Source: Octopus vulgaris (Eukaryota). From it: a stretch of 64,000 nucleotides of DNA. Position numbers and translations under genes: made by a program. Below are positions 40,330 through 54,602 of this stretch, piece after piece. The first letter of the stretch is position 1. Every line of letters begins with the position of its first letter. Under the pieces are notes generated by a model, which was not told the DNA's origin, searched no databases, and worked only from the letters and a program-made list of their open reading frames with translations. The stretch covers positions 29,822,001-29,886,000 of the forward strand of contig OX597823.1 of the NCBI GenBank assembly GCA_951406725.2. Reading direction: 5' to 3'.

Positions 40330-40436
40330 TAGTGGTGGCGGCGGCGGTGGCGGTGGTAGTGGTGGTGTTGATGGTGGCGGTGGTGGCAATGGCGATGGTA
40401 GTAGTAGTGGTGGTAGTGGTGGCAATGGTGATATTG

Positions 40437-40501
<65 letters not shown>

Positions 40502-40580
40502 GATAGTGGTGGTAGTGGTGGTGGAGGTGATAGTGGTGGTAGTGGTGGTGGTGGTGGTGGTGGCAATGGTGATATTGGTG

Positions 40581-40612
<32 letters not shown>

Positions 40613-41432
40613 GGTGGTGATAGTGGTGGTGGTGGTGGGGGCAATGGTGATATTGGTAGTAGTAGTAGCAGTAGTAGTAGTAGTGGTAGTAGTAGTGGTA
40701 GTAGTAGTAGTAGTGGTAGTAGTAGTAGTAGTAGTAGTGGTGGCAGTGGTAGCGGTGGTGGCGGTGGTGGCGGTGATGGTGGTGTTGATGGTGCTGGTGA
40801 TGGTGGTGTTGATGGTGGTGGCAATGGTGATGGCGGTTGGTTGGTTGGTTGGTTGGTTGTTTGTTGTTGTTGTTGTTGGTGGTGGTGTTGGTGGTGGCTG
40901 CGACGGTGTGTGGTTGTAGAAGAGCTTGTAGCCATCGTTGTTGATGTTGTTGCGGCTGCTGTCAGTTATTGCCAATATCATGTGCGCGTGTGTGGGCGCC
41001 CTGGCCTCAATTGACGATAATTAACAGGAATATCGGCAACAGCAATAATATCAGCAGGACAGCAATATTACTAAGTACCACCACCACCACCATTACCAAC
41101 ACCACCATCTCCACTACCACGACCACTACCACCACCACCACCACCATTACCACCACCACCACTACTACGACAACGACCACGACTACCACCATAACCACTA
41201 CCACCACCACCATTACCACCGTTACCACCACCACTACCACAACCACCACCACCACCACTATCACCGCCACCATTACGACTATATCCACCACCACCACCAC
41301 TACAACAATTACCACCACAACCACCACCACTACCACCAAAATCACCCCCATAACCACCACCATCACCACAACCACAACCACCACCACCACCACCACCACC
41401 ACCACCATCACACTACCACTACTACCACCACC
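40330..41432. repeat. (GGT/AGT)n array followed by complementary (ACC/ACT)n array
   Basis: 40330-40895 G-rich triplets; 41077-41432 C-rich triplets. Confidence 0.9.
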
Positions 41433-42563
41433 ACATAGTTTAGCTTTGGTCCGCGCATAAACGGCACCTCAGTTTATGCCTGTTAAAATCAAGTATCATA
41501 AATGGAGCGGCTTATACACGAGTTAATGCGGTATTATGTTGTTGAAGCTCTAATATACTTTCCGTTAGGTTTGTAACAAGAAAAGGGGTATGTGATTTAG
41601 AAGCGGATATGTGCGGAGTATCTTGGTGAAGGTGTGTGACTTTGTGGTTAGAATGGGGCGCACGATCATAGATTCAATTCCCCGAACCTGGTGGTGCGTT
41701 GTGTAAAACACTTCATTTTCATGCTGCCCCGCTCTACTCAGCTGTAAATGACAAGTGCTGGGATGGACTGGCGTCCCATCGGCGCATTGTAATTCGCATA
41801 TCTTGATTATTTTGGCTTTTGCCTTGGCTTTTAGCCAACTGACGTCGAATGACTTACTGGCAATAAAGATCTCTTCGTCAATGTCAAACTGGCTGTATAT
41901 CTCCTCTGTCTGTCTCTCTTCCTCTCTTGTTCTTCATCCTTTCTGGGGTTTTTCTCCCACCATTCCCTATTCTTCTCCTCTCCCTTTCACCGTTCCTTCT
42001 CTCTTACTCCTCCTTCTTCTCCCTCTTATTCCTCCTTCTCCCTCTCATCCCTGACACGTGACCAGAGGGAACCCATCTTTCCGACTGCTATCTTCAACGA
42101 GTCAAGACGGCTTATCCGGTCCTTCTCATAAACTGCCTCCTCAATGCATTCAAAATAATTTTTACATCGTCTTGGCTTAACAGCCCTCATCGTTTGTTTT
42201 TACTGTTATTCTCCTTGTCCTGTCTTTTACTATTTTTATTTGTATTGTTTCTACAGTCTCGTTTTGTTTTTACTGTCCTGTTCTTGTTACCACGCGTCTT
42301 GTCCTTACCTTTAAAACGCGGAGTAGACGAAACAGGGACAACTGAAGAAGGGGAATATTCCTTGTGTTGTATGTCTTGTACTCTGTTTTTTCGTTGTTTG
42401 AAAAAAAAAGTTCGTTTCCATGTTTTTGTTTTTATGTTTTCGTTTCTCATTGTGTTCAACGTTTTTTGGTGTCCTGTACCCATATATGCACGTATATATA
42501 CATATAGATGTAGGTATGTACATATATGTATGTATATATGCAAATTTTTATATATTATTTATG

Positions 42564-42638
<75 letters not shown>

Positions 42639-43411
42639 GTAGTGCTATTAAGTTAGACATAGCCTGGGCCAATACTGGCCAAAACCTTTCTAAGTTATTC
42701 TAAGTTATTCTTATATATATATATATCTTGCAGTCGTGATGCCTGCTCCCACGTTTTGTTGCAAAGCTGAGAGCCTATAGAGGACACACAAGAACGCAAC
42801 TTTCCACTAAAGAAGACGACGGCAAATGCTAAGACATGATGATCAAAGCCCAACTTCCTATGGTAGTATTTACTCTGAGCTACAAACGAGAGCCAGAAGA
42901 TAAGGTAAGGAGCAAATGAAGAGTCCGGCGTAGGTACATTCTAAGAAGATACCCGATGCCCGATGGTCCAATGTATCCAGTATTGTAAAATAAAACAAAG
43001 ATACCGACTGATAGAAAAGAGCAGAAGAAAATTGATCCGCGATGTCCAAAATCAGAAACAACAACCAATCGTGATGACCATCAAGGCTTTATGCCTTTCA
43101 TGTGAAAAGACATATGGCTCTTGAATCTATTTGCATTTGAACTTGTGCAGCCACTTCTAGATGACAGCATGGAGACACGAAAAGGCGCCAACGATGAAAG
43201 TGATTGAAATGCAAGATAAACAGAATTCCATTCCGATTTACAGTTTTGTTCAAATGATCTGGCAGTCGATTGTATAAGTCTACATCACATTAAACACATT
43301 CCTAATACGTTTATAGTGAGACACTCCATGTATTTGTACGAGGAAATACACGCACACACAAATACATACATATAAACACGCACGCATATACATACATACG
43401 ACATACATATA

Positions 43412-43452
<41 letters not shown>

Positions 43453-44029
43453 ATGAGTGTGTGTGTGAAAGAGAGAGAAAGTGAGAGGGGTTACTCTCGA
43501 GTACTACTGCTGTTGACACGTGACCTTGTACTACCTGTTACATAGTCGGGTCGTCGGCAACTAAACCGGCAACCGTATCAAGCTTGCCTAATGAATCGGG
43601 TGATTATTCATTACCCCGCGGGATGAAAAACAAGAGCCAGCAAAGGGCAGAGGATCTCAGGAAAGTCAACGGCCACCCAATTGGGATCTTCTGTTCATCA
43701 TTCTCTTGGCACACTTGCAATAGCTGTTGCTATCAGCAATACCAAACGGTGTGAATGATCCCGCAGAAGTCACCATCATTTTAAACAAGTCACAGTGTGA
43801 ACTGCCAAGTGATTACATATGTGTGGTTTAGCGATGTTAAAAATTTTTTCTTTGGTGCTGAACTGGCAGAATCGTTTGTCTTTACGTTCTGGGTTCAAAT
43901 TCCCCGAGTTCAACTCTGTTTTCTGCAATATTTACCATATAGAAGACAAGGGATTTGCTTTCTCTGCTTTTGATAAAGACCATCCTGAAAAAGGAAAAGA
44001 AAAAGAGGGAAACTAAAATTATTTAGTAC

Positions 44030-44626
44030 TGTGGCGTCGGATACGACGGAGTGGTCTATAGCGACTGTCGTTGGCAGTTCAAATGTGTGTTATTAGATGG
44101 GAAAATAGTTGGTATGAATCACCATAAGACTTTTTTGTGTATAAATATATTGTTTATTCTGTATCCACTTTTTGTGGTGGAAGTATGTGGTATGATACAA
44201 AGACATGTGTGTTTACATACAAACAAAATTTTGATTTTTGCTTTTGCACTGAAAAAAGTAACATATAATATTTGTATTACTGTATGAATGCATGTGTAGA
44301 ATGAGAACAGTCATTTTGTGAATGTTTGTGTGATAAGATATTTTCGTTACGAACCATGAATCTTGTGTTGAGGTGAATAGACAAGTGAGTTGCACGTGGA
44401 AGATTGCGCGGGGAGCAACAGAGAAGACATGTGTCTTTGACCAAAGCCTGGTAGAAACTGAGGCCGTTTCTACAGTGTAGCTCAGAACGAGGCTATTGTA
44501 TCAAAGCGAGGCTAGAGAATCAAAGCAAGGCTAGAGTATCAAAGCAAGGCTAGACGCCTCATCGATATATTCGCCTGCTGCGCAGGTCGACTCACATATT
44601 ACAATGTAATATGTAGCTCTGCTACA
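44030..44626 (-). mobile_element. Gypsy 3' LTR (~600 bp)
   Basis: Minus strand TGTAGC...GCCACA ends, preceded by purine-rich AGCAGGAGG. AATAAA near 44155. Lies downstream of the integrase remnant. Confidence 0.65.
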
Positions 44627-44929
44627 TAGCCTCCTGCTAGTCTTGAAAAAGTCGAAAAAAAGTAGAGATGGCGTATGTAAATATGCAGTGCAAAAACCAG
44701 GTAAGAACAAGGAATACAAACAGAAGGATGCACTACAGCAAAAAAATGAGAAACTGAAATGAAAAGGGCAAAGTACGGTAAGGGTAAACAGAATATGAGC
44801 ACAAAGAAATAAGTAAAAAGTTCAAATCGATTAGGTAAAGTTCGAAGGAATACTGCGAAGAACAAAAATATGTCGTTGGTGAGACGTATTGAAAAGTCTA
44901 TGGTACATTCACAAGTAGTTCATTATAGT

Positions 44930-45580
44930 TCAGATGTATATAGTTTTAGAAAGCTTGGTGGGCCAATGTACACGGCAACTACCACGAGTCGTAGTGACGT
45001 ATCTAGATGGAAGAGGGATCGGTGTGTGTGATGGTGTTGTTGGTGGTTGCAGTAGAGTAGCATTTGTTTTATGTTGTACTGTGAATGTGGGAGGTGCATG
45101 AAGTGGTATTGTATCACTGTCTGTGTACGCCCACTTAAGCCTGTCTGTTGAGACTGTTTTGTTTTTTTTTACCAATAATGTCTATGGTATATAGTCTGTG
45201 TGCGACAGGACGCGATGGGATCCCGTGTACGGAGGTGTGATAGGGGTTTTCACAGCATCATTTCATAGAAACACATAGGTCCAAGAATCGATGTCTTTTG
45301 GAACTGATGATTTAGTGGTTTGGTATCGTGTTGACATGGGTGGCAGTTCTTGCATGTATTTGCGAAGTCTATGTATGTACATAGTGGGGTCTTGTGTGGA
45401 TAGATCCACTGGGGCCAACATCTGGCCTGGCAATGAAAGAGGTGCTCCATAAACAAGTTCTGTTGAGGAATAACCGAAATCCTCCTCTATCGAGGTTCGA
45501 CAGCCAAGAAGGACTATTGGAAGATATTCGCTCCAACGCTGCTGATCTGGGTAAGCACGCAAAATAGCTTTCATTTGACG
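44930..45580 (-). pseudogene. Gypsy integrase C-terminal fragment
   Basis: WSEYLPIVLLGCRTS..ELVYGAPLSLPG; PPYTG; TVSTDRLK.AY; TTRG..RVHWP. Confidence 0.88.
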
Positions 45581-46634
45581 GGAGTCCGACTTGTGAATAT
45601 ATTCCCCCCTCCCTCTCTTACTCCCTTCCTTCCGGAGACCCAGTAAAGAGGCTGATAAAAAGAGCTAATGGAGAAATCTAGTAAATACACGGGCTTTTGT
45701 TTTTACATGACTTAATCGGAAATGAAAGTTTATCTTAGAACCCTATGACCCCGCTTCTCGTGCCCTCTGCGAGATGAAGTTATCCTTAGAATGAAGACCT
45801 CCTCCTCCCCAAGAATTCTTACAACAGTGTGAAGAGTGCTAAAGGTACCTAGGAGCCAAATTTTAGTGTTAAACCACGCATCAGATTGATTCTATCACTC
45901 AACTGGCTTCCGTAAGTTTCCGTAAATTTCACGCACAAAATTTTGGTTAAAATGGGCTTTGATTAATCACACTTGCTATTTGAACCGCCCACTGGGATCG
46001 AAGGTGATACGACGTAGTTACGAAACAAATTAACCACACAGCCAAGTCTGCGCCCATCGTGTTGGAAAATATCTGAAATATTGCATCAAAACAAGGTCAA
46101 TTGCAATGCCGCCTGCTGCATAAACGATGTATGTAGGTGAGCTCACAGAGCAAATTAGATAGAAGCTTATTCAGGAAGTAAAAGATCTAGCGGTTGTTCA
46201 CACCACGTGACCTCGTTTAGTATCATAATCAAGCAACGAGTAATTCTCTACATGACCACTTGAGCCGGGAGAAATAGCAGCTAAATCTGCCTTAAATCAC
46301 ATCGTACTGTTTTAAAGAAATAAACATGTATTAGTTAATATTGTGAAAAGTATTAAGACATGATGGACAAGGCTGGAACGTGATTGCTGTTAGGTACAGT
46401 AAAATTAAATCTTCTGATATGTTAGAAATAAAAGTCAGCTTACCCCTATCTTAAGGTATTGATAAAGGAAGTACATGTTCGATACTGGAATTCCAGATAT
46501 ATAATGCCAGAGCAAATGGCAGCATTGTCATGGCTTGAAGATCTTTGGTCATGTTTCTTTGATCAGGCATTATCTAAAATTAAACAATAATTGTAGTGTA
46601 ATAAAACACGCAAAACTATCGAATATATGATTGA

Positions 46635-46930
46635 GCAGTGTGACCCCACTGAAGACAGAAATGTGTAGTGTGGTCACTTTGAAAAGAGGAGGGCGCAGCT
46701 GGGTCGCACTACATAGAAGAGAGTACAGTGGAGTCCCACTAAATAGAGTAGCGTACAGTGAGGTCCAACTAAATACAGGAGGTACAGTGTGGTCCCTTTA
46801 AATAGATGAGGATATGGTAGGGTCCCATTAAATAGTGGAGGGTACAGTGTGGTCCCATTAAATAGTTGAGGGTACAGTGAGGTCCCATCAAATAGAGGAA
46901 GGTATAGTGTGGTGCCATCGAACAGTGGGC
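46635..46930 (+). repeat. 30-bp minisatellite, about 10 diverged units
   Basis: Consensus AGTGTGGTCCCATTAAATAGNGGAGGGTAC. Confidence 0.88.
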
Positions 46931-48084
46931 ACTCTGAGTATTGCGCACTTGGTGCAAGATAAAACTGAACTGAACCAAGATGGATTCGAAATGTAATCCA
47001 TAAAATGCTATTACATTATACAGCATCTTTAATCTGTCGTTGTTACTAGAATTAAAAGCCACATCACATCACATCACAACATTCTGTCATTTTGAAAAAA
47101 ATTAAACGGTGAACCCATTGTACAAATTCAGTCTAATATGGAAAAAGACAAGAATGCCTTTGTTGATAGGTCAAAGGGATGATCTGGGAATATAAACATC
47201 AACATCATTGCAATGACAACTGTTCCCTTGCTACACTACCCCACAAATAAAACATCCAGTTAAAGGACTGTTGATTGTGAACTTCCCGGTATGTCAAACA
47301 CTACCGTTTGTATGGTTATTCTTCAGACGAATGACTGTTGCACGAATCATTAGAATGTCTCCAGCAACTGAACTTAACAGAATTCTTCCTCAGATTAAAA
47401 GCTACTTTGTCTATGGTTTGTTACACAGCGCTCCACGGTTTTAGTTCTGGGACAATTGAAGTCTTTCTCTTAATCCATTTTTCTTAGTTTAGTAGAAGCA
47501 ATTGTTTCAGTTCAGTTTTATTTTGAATCAAATACTCAATCCACCGGGTGGCCATCGCTCCTTATACCCTCCTTTACTTAATGGGTCAACATTATACATC
47601 TCTTAATTTATTGTTATTTATTTCTTCTACTATAAACAAGGAATATGCCAGTTAAGGATCAGGTTTAACACATTTTCTTTATGGTATAGTAAAGAAGAAA
47701 AGTGCAGTCTCCATGACCCTTCACAAGACTCCCAAAAGAATGGTAAAGGATGGGATGAAGGTATCCTCAAACTAGGAACCTGGTCCAAATGCCGGCAAAA
47801 GAAGCAGAATACGACTAACCGCACCAAAGATGCCGGATAATGGTGTTTAATTTGGTCATAGACTAAGTCTATCACTCAAGTGGATCATGGTGAAATTTGA
47901 ACTGAGAACGCAAGCAGACGAAATAAATACCACAAAGCAACCGGTCCGATGTTCTAATAACTCTGCTAATTATTGTTGTTTAACCCCACGTCGGCCCTAA
48001 GCTATCGGTGCCAATATGTAAGACGTTCTAGCCGTGACCATCCAGTCTTTTTGTATAACATTTTATAGTTTTACTTCATTCTTT

Positions 48085-48272
48085 TATTCTTTTATTTATT
48101 ACAGTCATTTGATTGCGGCCATGCTGGAGTACCGACTTAGTCGAACAAATCGACCCCAGTACTTATTCTATCTGTCCCTTTTGACGAACCACAAGTTACA
48201 GGAACGTAAACACACCAACATCGGTTGTCAAGTGATATTGGGGTGACAAACACACACACGGAAACATATACA

Positions 48273-48358
<86 letters not shown>

Positions 48359-48525
48359 CGACGGGCTTCTTTCAGTTTCCGTCTACCAAATACACTCACA
48401 AAGCTTTGATCGGCCCGAGGCTATAGTAAAAGACACTTGTCCAAGGTGCCACGCAGTAGGACTGAACCCGGAACCATGTAGTTGGGAAGCAAGCTACTTA
48501 CCACACAGCCAATCCTGCGCCTGCT
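48085..48525 (-). mobile_element. SINE family 2
   Basis: Reverse complement of 11297-11705 with internal microsatellite. Confidence 0.85.
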
Positions 48526-48614
48526 TGTTTAGGTTATTAGAATGCGACTCCAGCATGAGGGATTTAGTCAATCAAATTGAACGAGGTAGATGTTTAAAAT
48601 TCTGGCATTTATTT

Positions 48615-49060
48615 ATCGGTTTCTTTTTTTTTTCCCCTGAACTGCTAAGTTACTGAGACGAAAGCATACCAAAACCGGTTGTCGAACGGCGGGAGACAAA
48701 GAAATACACACAAACACAAACACACGCACAGGTACACAAACGCACACATACACATTCGTGTGTGTGTGTGTGTGTGTGTGTTTGTGTGTGATAAGTAGAG
48801 AGATATATAGACAGACAGACAGGCAGACAGATAGACAGACAGATATGCAAGTACATATGTTTTTGTGTGTGCAAGCATATGCTCCCTGACAACCCACACT
48901 CCCAAATATATCTAAGTATGCGATGTACTTCACTGCAGTTTCCGTCTATCCAATTCACTCCCAAAGCATTGATCGGCCAAGGGTTTTAATAAAATAAAAC
49001 CACTTACCAGAGGTGCTGGGCAGTGGGGTTGAACCCGAAATCACGAGCTCGAAAAAGCGA
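48615..49060 (-). mobile_element. old SINE family 2 copy
   Basis: GAACTGCTAAGTTAC..CAGTTTCCGTCTATCCAATTCACTC..GAACCCG. Confidence 0.7.
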
Positions 49061-49231
49061 ACTGATGATTAAATTGAAATTTGGCTGCCATTTCTAATTG
49101 GTTGACTGACGGTCATTTTTAGGGTTCCTTCCCTGGCTGTCGCGATAAATATCTTGTTTTATCCCACGTGACCTAATTGTGGAAGGTTGTCTCGTCTGCT
49201 ATTTTGTCTCTTAAATAGTTTGCTTAATTGA

Positions 49232-49551
49232 TGTAGAAGAAGAGAAGAGGAAGGAGGAGGAGGAGAAGAAGAAGAAGAAGAAGAAGAAGAAGAAGAAGAA
49301 GAAGAAGAAGAAGAAGAATAGGAAGAAGAATAGGAAGAAGAAGAAGAAGAAGAAGAAGAAGAAGAAGAAGAAGAGAAGAAGAAGAAGGAGAAGGAGGAAG
49401 AGGAGGAGGAGAAGGAGAAGAAGAAGAAGAAGAAGAAGAAGAAAAAGAAGAACAGGAAGAAGAAGGAAGAAGAAGAGAAGAAGAAGAAGAAAAAGAAGAA
49501 GAAGAAGAAGAAGAAGAAGAAGAAGAAGAAGAAGAAGAAGAAGAAGAAGAA
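49232..49551 (+). repeat. (GAA)n polypurine tract
   Basis: Direct read. Confidence 0.95.
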
Positions 49552-49915
49552 TGAGGTTAAATGGAAGAACACAGAAGATTGCTATAACAATAGTAGGATT
49601 AGCAGTAGCAACAGCAGTAATACAACAACAGCAACAAAAATTACTGCTTCATACACCATCCTCACTACCACCACCACCACCACCACCACTACTATGATGA
49701 CTGCCACCACCATCGATAGTAATAACAGCAACAACAGCAGCAACAACAGCAGCAACAACAGCAGCAGCAGCGCCAGGCATGGTGAGAGAAAAAGCAAAAT
49801 TGATGACCACCCACCCGAAAACATGCCACCGCTATAATGACGTCACAATGACGTCAACTCTACCTTGTTTGGGCGGCTGACTTCTGTGAAAGATAGGGAA
49901 AAGAAGAAAAGAGAG

Positions 49916-49953
<38 letters not shown>

Positions 49954-50017
49954 AGAGGGAGAGAGAGAGAAGAAGGGAGAGGGAGGGAGGAGGGGGATCA
50001 GAAGAGAAAAGAGAGAA

Positions 50018-50055
<38 letters not shown>

Positions 50056-50243
50056 AGAGTGATAAATCTTGAAGGAGTCGAAAACTTTCAATAGCATTAT
50101 ATATATTATATAAATATACATATATGAGAATATATGACTGCGTGTGTGTGTGTGTGTGTGTGTATAAACGTGTGTGTATGTGTGTATAAACGTGTGTGTG
50201 TGCCTGTATGTCTGTGCGGGTGTATGTGTGTATGTATGTATGT

Positions 50244-50290
<47 letters not shown>

Positions 50291-50304
50291 CATACATACA
50301 TACA

Positions 50305-50342
<38 letters not shown>

Positions 50343-50545
50343 TTAACCTCGTTTTTCCTTCTTTTTTTTTTCATATCAATTAAACTAAATATTAGGAGAA
50401 AATAGCAGACGAGGAAAATAGATGAGAAAATACCAGTGACATAAACACACACACTCACGTACACACGCACACACGCAAATACACATGCACATACACGCAT
50501 GCACACACACACATACATACATACATACATACATACATACATACA

Positions 50546-50578
<33 letters not shown>

Positions 50579-50814
50579 GTGATTATATATCATGCATACA
50601 CAGACACATATACATACACGATACAGAGAGACGTGGGCTTGTATTTGCAAATATTTCTACTTCCAAAATAATTTTATTGACAAAGAAAAAAGAACTCAGT
50701 ACAATGAGTAGAGTATATGTCCGTGTATGTGCATCTGTGTGTGTGTATAAATATATATGCATTAATGCACACTCACACGTATACATACACACACATACAC
50801 ACATATATATGTAT

Positions 50815-50892
<78 letters not shown>

Positions 50893-50895
<3 letters not shown>

Positions 50896-51268
50896 ACTGT
50901 GAGGTAAGAAGCTTTTTTCCAAACTACATGGTTCCAGACTCAGTCCCACTGCGTGGCACCTTGGGCAAGTATTTTCTACTGTAGCCTCTGGCCGAGAAAA
51001 GCCTTGTGAGTGGATTTGGTAGATGGAAACTGAAAGATTCCGATGTATGTATGTATGTATGCATTTGTGCGCCTGTGTTTGCCTCACCATCATCGCTTCA
51101 CACTGACGTTGGTGTGTTTATGCTCCCGTAACTTAGCGGTTCGGCAAAACAAACCGATTAAATAACTACTAGGCTTACAAACAAAAAGACCTCGGGTGAA
51201 TTTGTTCGACCAAAGGCGCTGCTCCATCATGGCCACAGTCAAATGACTGAAACAAATAAAAGAATAAA
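50893..51268 (+). mobile_element. SINE family 2
   Basis: TCAGTCCCACTGCGTGGCACCTTGGGCAAGT (CORE-like) and standard tail. Confidence 0.85.
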
Positions 51269-51409
51269 AATATATATTTGGAGAAGATAGACAGCCGACA
51301 ACTGATGAAAGGTCCTTTCTCAGCGTTTACTTGTGCTGTTTTTACGTATTTCATCTTTTTTAAAACTGTTGGTGACGTCCTGTACCCATATATATACATA
51401 TATACATAT

Positions 51410-51529
<120 letters not shown>

Positions 51530-51559
51530 TATATATAATATATATATATCGGAATTGGA

Positions 51560-51601
<42 letters not shown>

Positions 51602-51698
51602 ATAGATATATATGTGTGTATGTGTGTGTATGTATACGTGTGAGTGTGCATACATATATATGTATATGTATGTATATGTATCTTTATATATATATATA

Positions 51699-51785
<87 letters not shown>

Positions 51786-51887
51786 CATACACACACACAC
51801 AGACACACACACACACATATATAGTTACAGATATAGATATATTATTTATTATTATCATTTAATTGAACGCCATGCATCCATTTCTAA

Positions 51888-51933
<46 letters not shown>

Positions 51934-52664
51934 GCATGTCTATATTTACATACATATTTAATTACATGGCTTTTGAGGTCACCAACATCCATTACAAGAG
52001 GAAGGGATCTCCAAAAACTACACCACGCCTTCATTCTCCAATATCATCACATCATCAAATACTCGCATTTTACATTCCAGAAATGTTTTGCATTCTCCCA
52101 TTCCCAACAGTGATTTTTCAAATTTGCACGACACCTCGTTCCATATACACACACATCCGCCTCAACGAGGGAACCTCTAAACCGGCTGCATGAAATAGCA
52201 GCCGTTTTCCCGTCAAATCATGCCCTTATGTCTTAACAGATAAAGGGCTGACTGGATATTATTGCAGTTAAAGATCGGAATGGGACGATTTGGCGCGGCT
52301 GTTTGGACACTGATGATCTAGCGCAGATAGCAAGGCATTCTGCCTATTTTGGTGATAGTGCTTTTTAGCACTGGAAGCAAACACGTGCATGCATGCGTGC
52401 ACAGAAATATACATATACAGATAGAAAGAGTGAGAAAGAGGGGGGGAGTGTAGGAGAGAAAGTGACGCTACAATCTACTAATGAAGCACAAGCGGCATAA
52501 ACGCTTATCCTTTCTTCAAACACATACAATAAAATATGCTCGGTCACAAACACAAAGGGAGAGATAAAGAGAGAAGTGTATGTGTGTGTGTGTGAGAGAG
52601 AGAGAGGGGTGGAAGACAGAAAGAGAGAGAGAGGGCTGGGAGAGAAAGCGGATAAGGGTAAAAA

Positions 52665-52842
52665 AAAAACCTCCTTTGATCATGAATGACCATGGGATTG
52701 CACATAGAAAGTTCCTCTCCGAGGCACAAGTCTGGGCAAGGTTGTTTATGGAAGACCAGCAGTCGCCCATGTACACAGCCTCCCCTCTCCATGCCACTGA
52801 TGTTATCCAAGGGGAAAGCAAAGGGGCCGATATAGCTTGGCG
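52665..52842 (-). mobile_element. SINE family 3, 3' part
   Basis: GACCATGGGATTGCAC..TTTATGGAAGACCAGCAGTCGCCCATG. Confidence 0.82.
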
Positions 52843-52981
52843 ATCGCACAGAGGCTATCTTTATTTCATGTTGTGGTTATTTAGCATCGCCTCAACCTTA
52901 ATCCAAACCAACTCGTTTATTTGTATACTTTTGTGTAATCAGTACATCTAGGTACCACAATATTTTATATATCTGGTCTTT

Positions 52982-53620
52982 TTTATATACTGTAGGTAGA
53001 GCAACGGGTCTCAACCGGAATCCATATGGGCCCTGAGGATCCATATAAGACTTTTTTGGGGGTCTACACAGCAAAACAGAAAATTAAGGATCCACAACAG
53101 GCTCCTGAAAAATTTTTGCTTAAGATGTATGTAATGGTCTGTTTTGCAATAAACAGCGAGGTTTCTTTCTCTAACATACACAAATTTGAGTCAGAAGCTT
53201 GCTGGATGAAGGTTGACCATGGGCTGAATAACAACACAAACAAAAAAGTTGTGGTTTGTTGTTGTTTAGTCCCAAGTTAGCTGTGACCTCACATACTTAT
53301 GATCAAAAGGTTCCCGCCTTGACCATCCTGTCTTTTAGCATACCAATACATACATCTTAAGCAAATTTTTTTCAGGAGCCTTTTCTAGATCCCTAATTTT
53401 TTGTTTTTCTGTGTAGACCCCCAAAAGTCTTATATGGACCCTCAGTGCCCATATGCATCCCGGTTGAGACGCGTTCCTCTACCTACAGTATATAAATAGG
53501 AATTTTGAAAGAAGTTTCTAAAACACTATTTTTTAACAATAGAATGCCTATGGGGGTTCACCAGAATAAAATAGCAATCAGAGGGGTTCAATGATAAAAA
53601 CAAAAGGTCCAGAACCCCTG
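52982..53620. mobile_element. hAT/Charlie-like MITE with internal inverted duplication of its left end and flank
   Basis: Ends CAACGGGTCTCAACC (53001) and AGAACCCCTG (53620) with AGGTAGAG/CTGTAGAG flanks. 52982-53137 inverted at 53345-53497. Confidence 0.7.
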
Positions 53621-53893
53621 CTGTAGAGCATGGTTTGATGATGATTTGGGTGCTATTTCTAGCACGTCGGTTGACTATGCAGAGGCTCCCTCGTTGACTA
53701 GTTTTCGTGTGTGTGTGTGTTTGTGTGTTTAGGCTTTTAAACGCTAATAATCATTCTACATTTGTAAGTAAATATTCAGTTTATTAATTAGGTTTTAATT
53801 AATTTTTTAACGATCATTTCGTATTTTTTTTTTATAATATCGTTTTGTGGGCGAATATTTAATTATTTTTCGAGTACGCGTGCGTGTGTTTAT

Positions 53894-53951
<58 letters not shown>

Positions 53952-53972
53952 GTGTGTGTGTGTATGTATACA

Positions 53973-54001
<29 letters not shown>

Positions 54002-54003
<2 letters not shown>

Positions 54004-54156
54004 GTGACTGTGTGGTAAGTAGCTTGCTTACCAACCACATGGTTCCGGGTTCAGTGCCACTACGTGGGACCTTCGGCAAGTGTCTTCTACTATAGCTTCG
54101 GACCGACCAAAGCCTTGTGAGTGGATTTGGTAGACGGAAACTGAAAGAAGCACATC

Positions 54157-54215
<59 letters not shown>

Positions 54216-54456
54216 TGTATGTATGTATGTATGTATGTATGTATGTATGTATATCTTTGTGTATTTGTGTTTGTCTCCCAAACATCGCTTGACAACCGAT
54301 GGTGGTGAGTTTACGTCCCCTTCACTTAGCGGTTTGGCAAGAGATCCGATAGAATAAGTACTAGGCTTACAAAGAATAAGTGCTGGGGTCGATTTGCTCG
54401 ACTAAAGGCAGTGATCCACATGGCCGCATTCAAATGACTGAAACAAATAAAAGAAT
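54002..54456 (+). mobile_element. SINE family 2
   Basis: Head to tail match with 11297-11705. Confidence 0.88.
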
Positions 54457-54477
54457 ATATATATATATGTATATATG

Positions 54478-54516
<39 letters not shown>

Positions 54517-54602
54517 ATAGTAAATAGGGTAATAAAAATAAATTATTATTACCAGTGACCTAGCACAAAAGACGAATTAGTCATTAGACTATGCGTTATT
54601 CA

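Noticed and set aside
46635-46930. CRISPR-like regular repeats
   Set aside because: Units are contiguous without unique spacers, context is eukaryotic and no cas genes are present.
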